A DNA stretch of 64,000 nucleotides, from positions 44,578,001-44,642,000 of the forward strand of contig CM060734.1 in assembly GCA_030704615.1 (NCBI GenBank), read 5' to 3'. Origin of the DNA: Takakia lepidozioides. Its lineage: Eukaryota; Plantae; Bryophyta. The notes beneath the pieces were generated by a model, which was not told the DNA's origin, made no database searches, and saw only the letters and a program-made list of their open reading frames with translations. Shown one piece after another: positions 25,501-36,702 of this stretch. Each line of letters opens with the position of its first letter. Position 1 is the stretch's first letter. A program made the translations under genes and the position numbers.

Positions 25501-27148
25501 CCTCTTGAATCCACCTTCCTCCCAGTAATGAGGATAAGTAAAAGTACGAATTTAAGCCGAATAGTACTTAACGAGCTTGGAGCATTTGAATAAAAGCTGA
25601 AGTAACTATTTGCCAGCATTAGATGCTCTAATACAATCAGCAATCGATGCCTAAATGATCGTATAAAAATAAATAGGAAATGAGAGTCCACTTTCAACGA
25701 TGAAGCCAAAGGCAAACAAGCCATAAGTTGATGTTTGTCCAGGTGCTGACCTAGTAAACCCTTTCGCAGCTCAGGGCACTTCGTGCATGTAAACCTAGTT
25801 CTTGCAGGCTCTAATCAAATCTAGTCGAGAATCTCAAGGTCAAGCCAAGACTCTACATTGGTTGGTCCTTTCCCACATGCTTCTTGATAGTATTAACAGC
25901 TCAATTTTTTGTACTCTAAATTTAACCAAGGCTATCTAATAAAAAAATTCAAGACACCATAGCTGGGCTCCAACTTGATTGGAACTGTTTACTGTAGCGA
26001 ATTAACTTCACTTCTCAAACCCCAACTTATTGAAGGAACCTAGAATGCAACACCAACTGCCTGCACTGAAGACCAGTTAATAACCATCCATGGACAAAGA
26101 GTCATGGAGGAGAGAGGACAGAAAGATCAAGGGTACAGGAGCTGACTTGCGCTTACGATGACAAAGTGCGCGATTGGTCCAGAACACCGGCACATCTGGA
26201 CAAAGAGTTATTGCCTGCCAAAAAACGCATCTTGTACTTAGCTGAGAGAAAGATATGATGCTGACCGAAGCCAGCGTAAAGGAGAGCCTCTTCCCCTTGC
26301 GGCTGCTAGCCCCTTTCAGAAGTGAGCTATACCTAGTCATATCCCTGTCCAAGTAAACTTCCGCTTGCCGGAAACAACTTTGAAGCTATCTCTCAAGCCT
26401 TGAGGGCACGAAAAATGTGATCTGCCACTAAAATATACCTGAGGCTAATATGATCAGAACACATGGGCTCACTGTGTCCTGGACTTCCTTTGGCAACGAA
26501 ATCTTGACAGGAACTTGAATTAACTTAAACAATATAGAGAGACAGAGGGTTGATACATGGGTATTGACTTTCTATACGAACTGCTTCAATCCCAGCTACT
26601 GCCCGAAGGAATAAAACCTCATTGCATCATCAATGAATAGAGCACCTAAATTGCATTAATTTAATAAACCCAACTAGCGGGCACCTGTTCGCAAAATCTA
26701 ACCAGGGAACAAGTCCCTGGTAGGGCCTGCCAAGATTAACGCTGTTCACTCCTGCTAATAAATCCTGGGGATATGAAGCTGCAGAAACCCCTAAGGAGAA
26801 ACTATTGAGATTGTTGAGACCCAAGAGGAAAATAATTGTCGATCACTGACGGTGCCCTCGAGTAAAAGACGCTGAAATTTCCATCTGAATAAATGGTTCC
26901 ATATTTGGGAAGACTCCAACAGTAGTTCAGGACAGCTTGAACGCACGTGAAATGATGTTAAAGCATAACAAGAGACTACTTCTTACAAGATATTCCAACT
27001 AACAATCAAGCCTGGGTCTGAAAAATGTGAAGACAACCTCAGTGTAAGCTTCAATGGCTGCCGACAACCGCTCCTTCTTAAAGTAAAGGTTTCCCTGGTC
27101 CTTCAACAGCTCCGCCTGCTTCTCGGTGGTCGCCACCTCTCTCGCCAT
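22510..27148 (-). CDS. CHIP: E3 ubiquitin-protein ligase CHIP (TPR + U-box), ~331 aa
   Basis: TPRs (AELLKDQGNLYFKKERLSAAIEAYTEAITLCPDVPVFWTNRALCH), YMVEEIWQELAKARYTEWE and U-box [28 protein letters not shown]...VGKFDPLTR...PNLALKEAV. Exons 27038-27148, 26147-26214, 25410-25473, 24787-24858, 24428-24561, 23659-23968, 23057-23167, 22510-22635. Confidence 0.95.
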
Positions 27149-27151
27149 CTC

Positions 27152-27154
<3 letters not shown>

Positions 27155-27188
<34 letters not shown>
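27155..27188. repeat. (CT)n/(GA)n microsatellite immediately 5' of CHIP ATG
   Basis: About 17 CT units directly visible. Confidence 0.9.
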
Positions 27189-27190
<2 letters not shown>

Positions 27191-28089
27191 GAGTGTTTTT
27201 TGGCCGATGTCAAATCTCCTTCTCAAAATCTTGGCTGCCCACAATGAATCGCAGGAAAGTTTCTTCCACTCAATGGAAATCTGGATGGCTGCTATAGAAC
27301 ATGAACAACGTCAGAAACACACTCATACCCAACAGTTTGGACATCGTGCCTACTCTCACCATCCATGTACGATCCCATAAGACTCACTACATGTGTGCAG
27401 ATTGCATCCGCTACGCATCCTCGTGCCAATTGCCTGGTGATTACCGACACCAAGCGAGAATTTTCCTGCGTCCTAGGACTCTTCCATCCCGTCAAGACAC
27501 GCACAACCCTAGACGACACCGACCAGGCCAGTCACCTTGCGCTGCCAATTCCACGCCCAAATGCCAATGCTCTCTCCTTTAATGCCACCGATTCTTGTCA
27601 AAGCCACAGATCAAATCCCATGTTGCCGCCCACGAAGCTACTGCAACGCTTCATCTCCGACAGGACCCACCACTCCATATTCAAGAAAATTCTCGAACCA
27701 CATGTGAACATGTCCTCAATGCATTCCAAGTTCCCATGCAACACCCACATCCATAGATACCGACTACACGTGCCTACCCTTTGTGCGGGACCACACTTCT
27801 TATTGCCATGAAACATTGATGTCTTCATCGTTGTGTTTACTGGCACGCTCGATGCCTCCCGTCATAGCCCGTGTAGGTAGTAGATGTTTGTTTTCGGTGT
27901 TTGCAGAATTCCAAAACCCAGATCTATGGGGCTTTGCATGTCCGCCTGGCGAACACATTATCAGTATGGGTTTTCCACGAGCGTTGACAAAGGTCTCAGC
28001 CACGAGTTTTCTTCCCGGAGTCAAGACAAATATTTGATGGCTGATTAACAGCAGATTGCGAAAGGAATAGTTACTGCTCGTTAGAAGGT

Positions 28090-28900
28090 ACTCACACGTT
28101 GTTTGCAGTAGCCTTGGACCCCGCGCTCAGTTTGAGCGGAACACAACGGGACAGAAACCGGTAGTATGATGACTTACCTTGGAACTGACAATTAATCCGA
28201 GTTTTCCGGATATCCTCTAGAAATCCCTTCATACAGGTATCAGTCTGCTGAGTGTGGTTTGCCCAATAACTAAGCCACAAAGGGTCTGGGCTTTGGCTCC
28301 GCCTCGCGGGACTTTCAAAGTTGGTAAACAGAGGTTCAGGGACAATTGCCTTTGATGGATTTGAAGAGGGCGTCTCTCTGGTGAGAGTACCCAGGAAAAT
28401 GAATCAGAAAATGAATATTGTCTTCAGGTTGAGCACACAACAACGGGCAATTGCAATCCCTCTTCCTCTCTGCATCTGTTTGCTGTTCAAAGGTAGGCTT
28501 CCCGCCCTGAGTTTAATTTTTGGTCTAGTGCCGAGGGTGGGTAAACCCTTGAGGTCATCCATGATGGCCTCTCCCATGTCACAGACTGGAAACAAGTTCA
28601 GGGAAGTTTTCTGCCTAACTTCATTTTCATGATCAGACAATTCCCTGGCAACAGACAAAGTTTTGGACACTACAGCCTCTAAGTCAGATTTATCCGGCAG
28701 GGTCAAGACTAGCGGGCTTAGATTCAGATCCTTGAGAATCTCTTCTATTCTCTTCCGCCAGGACTTAGCCTGTTTGATAGGGTGATCCTGCTTCCACGAT
28801 ATACAGTCGATTAACTTAGGATATCTGATATTAGACATATGTTGCAGCTGACCCCACCATCCGACCCCACCATCTGACCTAATAACGCGGCAAAGCATGG
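28090..28900 (-). mobile_element. 3' remnant of a non-L1 LINE (RTE/L2-like C-terminus plus conserved 3' tail)
   Basis: KLRAGSLPLNSK, frameshifted C.L.C..PEDNIHFLIH.PGYSHQR (CCHC-like) and KGFLEDIRKTRINCQFQG. Tail CTCAAACTGAGCGCGGGGTC...AAGGCTACTGCAAACAAC is shared with 6325-6386, 49752-49945 and 59970-60025. Confidence 0.7.
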
Positions 28901-29274
28901 TTTTTTTACCTTGAGAATTGATTCCTCTGAGTTGATCCCACTGCTTGTTAGAGATGAAGAAAGAAAGAAAGAAGAAAGAAACAGAGAAACTAAGAAGAGC
29001 TGAGCGCATGCAAAAACTTGAGACAGGAGACAAGATGGCGGTGTGAGATGCAAGTGTTTTATAGACGTGTTCCTCTCCAAGCTAGTGATGCAAATACGCG
29101 AAATGCGCAAAAGGATCCGGACTGTACAGAATCCGAACTTTTTCTCCTGGACTGCTGGTCGGTCATCATGCATAAAACCAGTTGTAGCTTACAAGCTGCT
29201 GGACCTTGCTGCTGAAGGCTTATCCAGATCTAAAGTTGTTCAATGGGTTGATTATACTAGTGCGCAACTTAGAA

Positions 29275-30879
29275 CTAGAAGCTCGGGAAGGTCACGGAGC
29301 CGGAGCACTCGTTGTTAGGGAGAACTGGACAAGCAATGACGGACGAGCCATCCGAGGAGACGCAGACGTAGATTTGGTACAGTTGGGCGTTTCCATTTTG
29401 GTCTGTGTTGCATTCGATGCCGGGAGATTGGCCAAGGACACTTTGCAAAGCGCTTTGGATGTTTGCAACATCGTACTGGTTCCCATCGCCTGTAATTCCT
29501 GCATCGAAAACAGCGTAATATCGATAATCTTGAGAGCGAAGACGGGGCGAAGACGCCAGCATTTGAGGAAGAGTCATTCCGTCTAGTGCAGGAGCTAGTC
29601 CAGGCGGGACGTTCAGATGTTTACCTGCTGAGCTTAGTGCGCCAGTGAGGTCGTACTGGCTGTAGAGTGTGATGGCCGCCAGGAAGTAGTCGTGAATTGC
29701 CAGCCCCGAGCAGGTGCCATGCTTGGACCACTCGTGACTCCAAAATTTATCGCCGTTGCTGGATGGGCATGCCAGAGAGCCCCAGTCCGTATCCAAGCTG
29801 CTCTGAAGGTCTGCCAACTGTCATCCACATAGTCAGAGGCCTCCCATAAGTTCTGAACATTTGTCTATGAGAATTGTCTTTTAAGGAGATGCTCTTACTT
29901 AAGCGTATAGTCTATCCTCATGGTTCCGATCCGAAAAGCTAGGAAATTCGAGGGAGAGAGAAACGAGAGAGAAACTGGAGGTCTACCCAACTAGCACAGG
30001 ATATTTCGATATATGAGTGAAATCGTCTACCATGACGTACCTGAGAGACATCGAAGGAAGAACCACCGCAATTGGAAGGGTAGGTTCCATCATTGTTGTT
30101 GGGCCATAGACCATGGATGCTGAAGTTCGCTGCTGGCTTCCCGGTCGTTGGGTAGCAGCACGCTTTACTTGTATCACAGTAGGACCCTGGCCACTGCTCA
30201 ACAGCCAGCAACGGACATACAACGGATATACAAGCTTAGTAAGTAGACATGGAGAGACAGAGGTCTATACATATGGGCGGAGTCCTGATCAGAGAGAGAT
30301 CTCAAACAAGGCCTAGGAGCAGGAAGACATACGGAGGAGAACGTTAGGATAGCCAGGAGTGTACAGTCTCAATCACGTTCCATATGCAGGAAATCATTCG
30401 ACCAGTGCAGAGTCCCTGACAACAGCGATACATGCGCATTGCAGTGCACATGCATATAAGCTGCAGCTGAATTTTGACAGCGAGTCTGTGTGGCCATTGG
30501 ATTGGCGAAATCTGTCACATTTCCCCTTGTGAGTATGTACTATGGCATCGCCCCAAAGAAGCTGCAATAGGGCTCCCCATTGGCAACAGACACTCAATTT
30601 CCCCAGAACCTCTAGAGCTGCCCGACCCTAGTATACCCCACCTCCCCATTCGCAAGACTTCGATGATCAGCATCTCTCTCACACAGACTTGTACAAACAG
30701 TACGCATGCACGCTAGCTAATGTTTGTACACATTATACAAAAGAATGAAGGTATGAACTTGTCCCAGGGATAAAGCAATGGAGTGAGCTGACCTGCTGAA
30801 CAAAATAGAAGAAGTCAAAGCTCTGCGCTTTGATGGCCATCCCTCCCAGAATCACCAATATTAACAATTTGGACGCCAT
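29275..30879 (-). CDS. Secreted class I S-like ribonuclease T2 (RNS1/RNS3-like), ~218 aa
   Basis: Signal peptide, [27 protein letters not shown] and [17 protein letters not shown]. Exons 30793-30879, 30041-30193, 29625-29817, 29275-29498. Confidence 0.95.
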
Positions 30880-32153
30880 TCTGCTTTGCTCAATTCTGTC
30901 CTCGTCCCTCTGGAATCAAACAGATCTTCAGAATTGCAAGTACTTGTTTCAAAAGTCCAGAATGTTCACGTACATGTAGGTTGAAATGACAGCTACGACT
31001 ATATAAACTTCTTAAGCCGACAATTCAGTTCAATGAACACAAAGTACACAAGAAGTTCTAAAAAACCATCAGACTTCAGCTTTGATGCATATGTATGCGT
31101 GGAGATCTAGGTCATAGGGGCTAGCTCTCTCTCTTCTTACATATGTCTACGAGCTAGCAAATCCAGGAGTAAATGCCAAAGGAATTCTTACATTGCAAAG
31201 AGAAAGGTGGGGATCCCGGAAGGCACAAAGTAATCCACGTCAAATCTTATAGAGCCCTATGAATGTCGACCTCCTTATATTGCCCTCTCGAGCCCTCCTG
31301 GAGCCCCCCATAATTCGCAGCTCTCCAACTTGCATGCTGCAGTACCTCATCGAAATTTCGCTGGTTTAGATTACCGTGTGAACACTGGAATAGCATCAGA
31401 CATATAGAGGATGAACGTGTACGACCACCCACCTCGCCAAACTAGTCATTTTGAGGACCTCTTCAGGCCCATCAAGTGTGAATGCCAAACTCCATCACAG
31501 AGATACCGCCCACAAAAGAACTTGGATATGCTATGCTTGATTCTTGCTGCTACACTCAATGGCGTGTGTTATGAGCCGACTTTCATCCAGAGCTTTGACC
31601 ACTTCCGACAAATCTACAGTTAAGCATTTTGTTACACCTAGCAAGTCAAAAGTAACAATCAGGAAAGGTTAGATCCACTATTTTACCGGTATATAGGTCC
31701 AACCCGGGTATCAATACTGATATCAATCCGGGTAGGTAATACCATACCTGGCTGGTAGGTAGGGTGGCCAAAACCTGGGCAATACCATACGAACAGCATC
31801 CCCACCCTTGAGCCCGAAAAACTCCACGCCAAAGATAGTGTCGACCAAAAAAAAACCATCTAAGGTTTTTTCTGTTTCTTTTTTATATGCCGTCTAAGTC
31901 CGCTCCACGGATCTAATTTGCTTTATCAAAGCCATCATATCACCCAGTACCAGGAAAAGAACTGGATGAAATATGTATGAATGAATAAATTAACATCTAT
32001 CCAAGGCAATTTAATAAATAACTAAGTTAGGGAGCAACTCCAATTTGTAACTTATAGTAAATAGCATTTATCCTTCTTCTTTGTATCTCTAATTTAAAGG
32101 GAAACACCTGCTCAAATCAGGCCCCTTACTTATAGTGAGAGTAGAAAATAAGT

Positions 32154-34914
32154 GAGGTAGCAATTAGCCAAGGTAGTGTGTATGTATATATCAATCCTTG
32201 ATCATTAGTCCAATTAAGCAGCCTTGCACTGTACAGGGCATATTCGAGTGTATCATGCTCGTTTGTGAGACAAACCGAGCCACACCATGACATTGGGAGA
32301 CTGTCATGGACTAAGGATAATCATGTATTATGTGTGGGGTAAGGCCCTCGGACGGGGGCCTTCCTGAAATGAGGGGCTCGACACTTGGCGGTAGGCTGGG
32401 ATCATTTTACTCAGATGGTTTAGATACTGTGTATTGCAAGTTAATATCTTGCTACCATTGACGGCTCATAGATGATCTCGGTCAAAGGTACATATTATCG
32501 TCTTTATGTTTTAGATGTAATTAATGAAGTTCTACGGTCAAGATTGGATGATCATTCTAGATGGATGGTCACAAATCACTTACATCTACGGCTAAGAAGT
32601 ATTTGAAAGACGTCTTATAATGGCATTTTCAAGATCTTTGTTACCTCATTTGTTTGCAATGTGAGAGCATTCAAACTCCATAGCTATGAGCACATATTGT
32701 CCCGCTGTGTAATTTGAACCGTCATAATTTAACATATGCTTCTCCGCTAGCAATTTCGTTGTTTCTTGCTTATTGTAGGTTGTTTGTAGTGTATCGACCA
32801 TTGTGATTCTACAGCTTATCACCGGATTTCTCGTCACATACTCACGCGTTAGTTGCATTGATCTATTCTAAGGTATAATTGGAACTTCAAAACAATATTG
32901 CATAGCTATATAGGACGACCATTTAGATAGCTCTGAAGTGGGTGTAGCACCTACAAATTTGAATTGTCTATGTCTAAAAGGTCCAGGATGATGGATTAAA
33001 CCCCGTTCAACCTATAGTTTATGTACGTGAACATATGTGCTTATATAAGTGTTCAGGTATATGTCCGCCAAGACGAAGTAAACATTTGTGTGGCCGATAG
33101 TGCAAAAGCCGCACATAAACTTTAGGCCAAGACTAATCCTCTTTGGAAGAAAACAAAATTAGCACTTCAGAGGAAAAGCTCATATTGCATATTGTTTTGT
33201 CAAAGAAGTCGCGAAATGTCTGAAAGATGCAATAACTGAGGTAATCTATTTTGATTCAATATATATCTTTTCACGAAGTTTCTTTCTACGGTGAAAACCA
33301 TTCTGCTTCAGGTAAAGGAGAGGCTATTTTCTTATGAAATATGCAAGATCATCACCTTTCTGACCCTCCTCTGACCCAATGCATTTTTCTTGTTCAATCA
33401 CTGAATCACTGGATTACTGAATCAGGAAAAATCAAGTGTATCAATGTACAAATTCAATTACAAGTTCAGATCTGCCTCTAGTACTGATGTGACAATCAGA
33501 GAGGTTGGATATCCTACATGTTTCTTAGAAAACTCGTAGCAATATTTGGATCACTAGCACTTGAAAGAGTTATATGACAGTTTGTTAGATTCGGGAACCG
33601 CTGCCCCCAATTGTAGTGATATTAACACTGTTCGATCATACTTCGACATATGCTCTTTCAGTGCAATGCTCCCTTTTGCACAGTTCCAAAATTCGACATC
33701 ATAGTCATCAGCTCTCTTAACACTCTTAACATGAGGCGTGATCTTAGCCACAACCTTGTTCGGACCCGGGTTGTCTGATACGACGATCATGTTTTCCTTG
33801 TTTATAGAATGTTGATTGCTCCACCATATATAAAGCTTGATGCACCATAGAAAGAACACAAGCGGCGCCGCAGATTGCAAACAACATGAAACAAGAATGC
33901 AGAAGAAAATAATTCATTCTAGCCGAAGTAATGTTAGCTTAGGAAAGTGTTATCTACTGGAGAAGAAGTGTAGCTTTAAATCCAAGATCAACCAATCTAC
34001 AAAACACATAAATCCTAATCTATAGGAAAACATATTAAACATTGTAAACCTTAATTTATTTATATCTTTGTTGTTATTGTGCAAATGGCGCTTCAAAAGA
34101 CAGTGTTTGTCCATCTCCTTGAATTTCTCCACTTATGATTCTCTGCATTGCACGGCCGTGAATGCTCGAGTCCGTCCGGTCATATCTACGCACATTTGAC
34201 ATAAAAAGTTAGTAGAAAAAATGATGAAAGATATGTCAATCACCACATTGATCCCATTGACTCTCTTTTCTGTGATGAGGAGAGTCTTGGAGTTGATGAT
34301 CATACAACCATTGTTGATAGTGATCCAGATGCTAGTGATAGACCTCAGTCCATTTTCGATACGTTGGTGGACAATGACTTCTTTAGATAGCCGTCTGTAT
34401 GGTCCAGAAGATGAGCACAACATCCAGAAGATTCTCAAGTTTACGTTTAGCTTTAGATGTTAGAAACAAAGGGTGTCGAGGGGGGTCAGTCCACTTTGGA
34501 CGGTGCGCCATCAATACCTGATAGGTCTGAACTACATCTAAATTTGCCAGAATTAAAAGGAAAAAAAAACTACAAACAAAACAGACAGAGGTGTGGTGAT
34601 ATCACGCATGACAGATGCGCTTGTGTTGGTGGAGTAAGGAATCTCTGGTCATCGCTATGCAAAGAGTTATGCTAAGTAAGCTCTATCAATATTAGTTGAG
34701 ATGTTAACTGATTATTTCTTTAATTATATCTAGCAATCCATGACATTCTCCCAATGTCATGGTATTGGTGGGCTTGTCTCACATACTAGCATGATACACC
34801 CAAATATGCCATGGACACTACGCTTTTTGATTGGGCTATCAAGGATTGAAGACCTTGACTTGCAATGATGGCACAAAATATACATAGTCTGCAATAGCTA
34901 ATTGTTACTACCTC
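32154..34914. mobile_element. Degenerate element bounded by ~160-180 bp inverted repeats (putative non-autonomous TIR DNA transposon)
   Basis: 32154-32312 (GAGGTAGCAATTAGC...TCAATCCTTGAT...GTGTATCATGCT...TGTGAGACAA...CCATGACATTGGGAGACTGTCATGGA) aligns with the reverse complement of 34735-34914. The interior is AT-rich with only broken ORFs. No TSD identified. Confidence 0.65.
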
Positions 34915-35315
34915 CTTCAATTTTGTTACCTGGTCTTTATATTATTTTGGGTGATGAGAAAGGTGTAATTCCGTAGGAGTTACTATAGAATAGTGTCTCG
35001 AAGATCTAATATTAACTGATGGACTGTGTTAATAGGGTCTACATGCCGTGTTAATCTATTTTTAAACATATAGAAAGAGCTTGAAAGGGAGAAACCTAAA
35101 AACAAAAACAAAAAATCCCAATTTCGTGGATGAAACCCAAGTTTCATTGGCGAAACCCAAATTTTCGGTGGTTATTGGGGATGTTGTACACATATGTTTG
35201 TAAAAATTCATATATTGGGTTTTTAGTGCCAACCTTTCAGTTCTGGCAGAAGTACTTGTGGTTGTTTGTGCTCGCGTGAATTCAACTTTAGACAATTAGT
35301 TTAGTAGGTTTTGTC

Positions 35316-35878
35316 CAGCATTGGACTGGTATTGTATTTTGAACACACCATGCTGGTACTACTGGTATTGGCAAAAATCTGAGATTTGGATAGCATGGTG
35401 TTATCAATAATACGTGTGTGGTGTTTTACGGGTATCAATAGCAAGAGTTTTTAGAAATCGATACCAGGGTATTATCAATACTAGTTTGGTATAAAAAAAA
35501 ACTCATGATATGTTAAATATTGAAAGGCCCACTTCTCATATAAATGTGTACAAGCATGCTTCTCATTGATTTTATTCCTCAAAGTATTCATCAAGTTCCT
35601 CAAAGTATTGATACCTAGGTTTTCCTCACAAATATGGATATGGTACCAAATTTTCAACCACCTACCAGACTGGTAGGGTATCGTCCACAATATTAGGAAG
35701 CAGATACCAGGCCAATACGGGTATATGCTAGGTGTGGCATGAGGTGATACCACACTCGTTTGGTACTTCATACCAGTATTGATACCAGTTTCTTATCGGT
35801 ATACCAGTCCAACACCGGTTTTGGTACTTCATACCAGTATTGATACCAGTTTCTTATCGGTATACCAGTCCAACACCG
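35316..35878. mobile_element. hAT-type MITE (ATACC/GGTAT-rich family) with duplicated 3' terminus
   Basis: TIRs CAGCATTGGACTGGTAT / ATACCAGTCCAACACCG, flanked by GTTTTGTC and GTTTTGTT (8-bp TSD-like). The terminal 61 bp is tandemly duplicated (~35758-35880). Confidence 0.8.
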
Positions 35879-36702
35879 GTTTTGTTGCGTGAGCACGGTT
35901 TTCATGATAATTTCGTATTTTTTTCGCATGAGCGCCGTTTGGTTTCATTATGGCATATTCGTAGCATTTTTAGGGGATATATAGAATATGCCTATCTGCT
36001 CGCGTAAGCAGACTCACACCAACGTGAGCATGCTCATACAATACCCAACCTCCAGATATTTGGAAAAGAACAGGACTGGCTACTGAGTTTTGCAGGAAAT
36101 AGCCATATTATTATTCATCTTTCTGAGAAAGACCCAATGTCCGTCTATTATATGTATTTCCGCAGTCATACATATCACCCCCATAACCATGGGTCCGGCT
36201 CAAGCGGGTTTTTTATTCTGCTCACCCTGTGCTCACGCCATACCAATCCCCCATACATCTGTTGGCTGTGATCCAACAACCACTTGTAAGGTGACCTTGT
36301 GCCCTATGCAGTGGACCATTTGTTGGAAGCCGTGGTAAAAATACACAAAAACCATCTTTAACCACACATGTCACCATTCTACACATGCAACTTGGGAAGA
36401 TCAAAATGTTCCAAGTCCTTCAACTCTCAATTGTAACTTTGGAGTGTCTCTACCCAAACCAACTGCCATGCCACCAGTTTATTTCTACGCTCTTTGTAAC
36501 CTGGAGCTGGAGTGCAGGATTTCCAAATGATGATGAGACCCGTTCAATTGTAGGGTTGGAAGGAGTCACTCCCTTCGGCCTTTATGCCCATATAGTTTTC
36601 TAGGTGCTTCAGGAGGGACTGGACCATAAAGGGAGAAGAGGGAAGGGGAGGTGGACTTTTTATAGAACCACTTCTCCCATCCTCAATATGCTTGACATCG
36701 AG

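Noticed and set aside
27300-28040. Cluster of 75-150 aa ORFs upstream of CHIP
   Set aside because: No recognisable domain or splice structure, so it cannot be supported as a gene.
30880-31700. Phosphate-starvation P1BS (GNATATNC) sites upstream of RNase T2
   Set aside because: Only near-matches seen by eye in the proximal region, so not claimed.
35300-35880. Recurring ATACCAG/GGTAT motifs as a CRISPR-like array
   Set aside because: No constant repeat-spacer periodicity, eukaryotic context, and bounded by TIRs and a TSD, so these are MITE subterminal repeats.
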